64,000 nucleotides of DNA, taken from positions 1 through 64,000 of the IMG/VR virus record IMGVR_UViG_3300004457_000028; one strand, written 5' to 3'. A program made the translations under genes and the position numbers. Below, one piece after another: positions 63,711 to 64,000 of the stretch. The notes beneath the pieces were generated by a model. It was not told the origin of the DNA and did no database searches. It saw only the letters and a program-made list of their open reading frames with translations. Position 1 is the stretch's first letter. Each line of letters opens with the position of its first letter. This DNA comes from a virus.

Positions 63711-64000
63711 ATATCTTAGTTCGTAAGTCAATTATTCTCAAAGGTGACGGTGTATATGGTTACTACAACCATCACGAAACAGGACAACTTCAGCCTTTTC
63801 TAAAAACATCTCCTCCACCCGAAGCATTTCATCCTGACCCTAATGTTCCTGATGTCCCAGCATTCGCTCATTATGGTGCTGCGAAACCTCATCCTTCGGG
63901 TCATCCCGGTATGGGAGAGTTGATTCCCGGTAATTTTACAAAAGGTAAACACGGTGAACATGTTTACCTTGACGAAAATGGTGAGACTCATCATCACGGT
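63707..64000 (+). CDS. 5' part of a further ORF, truncated by the window end
   Basis: TTG start overlaps the previous stop, with a GGGGAG SD; open to the end (MNILVRKSIILKGDG...). Confidence 0.6.
   Translation, partial: MNILVRKSIILKGDGVYGYYNHHETGQLQPFLKTSPPPEAFHPDPNVPDVPAFAHYGAAKPHPSGHPGMGELIPGNFTKGKHGEHVYLDENGETHHHG

Overview
A 64-kb segment of a tailed archaeal dsDNA virus genome. Its gene content matches magroviruses, the viruses of Marine Group II Euryarchaeota/Poseidoniales: group II chaperonin, PolB, fused AEP primase, MCM-like helicase, RFC, clamp-like protein, ERCC4 nuclease, TATA promoters and GGTGA-type Shine-Dalgarno sites. Layout: (i) 1-11.4 kb, + strand tail/structural genes; (ii) 11.4-28.5 kb, - strand replication block; (iii) 28.5-49.4 kb, - strand accessory/early genes; (iv) a GC-rich, hairpin- and repeat-rich divergence point at about 48-50 kb; (v) 50-64 kb, + strand genes. 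Blocks ii and iii are organised behind 12 copies of one promoter motif (GTTGATATATAAAGCAG). Best candidates for undescribed systems: (1) a family of + strand proteins that share an N-terminal or internal '(A/P)(F/M)DxAWxxLK' tag separating swappable cargo domains (GNAT, kinase-like, HNH, Zn-finger, basic domains), resembling a capsid-targeting/maturation-protease cargo-loading system; (2) an Arf/Rab-like small GTPase embedded in a membrane-protein operon; (3) a PEP-dikinase-type His-swivel phosphotransferase translationally coupled to a CX5R phosphatase; (4) three dispersed inverted-repeat/AT-rich origin-like elements, one directly upstream of the MCM-like gene. All calls come from reading motifs by eye; no searches were run.
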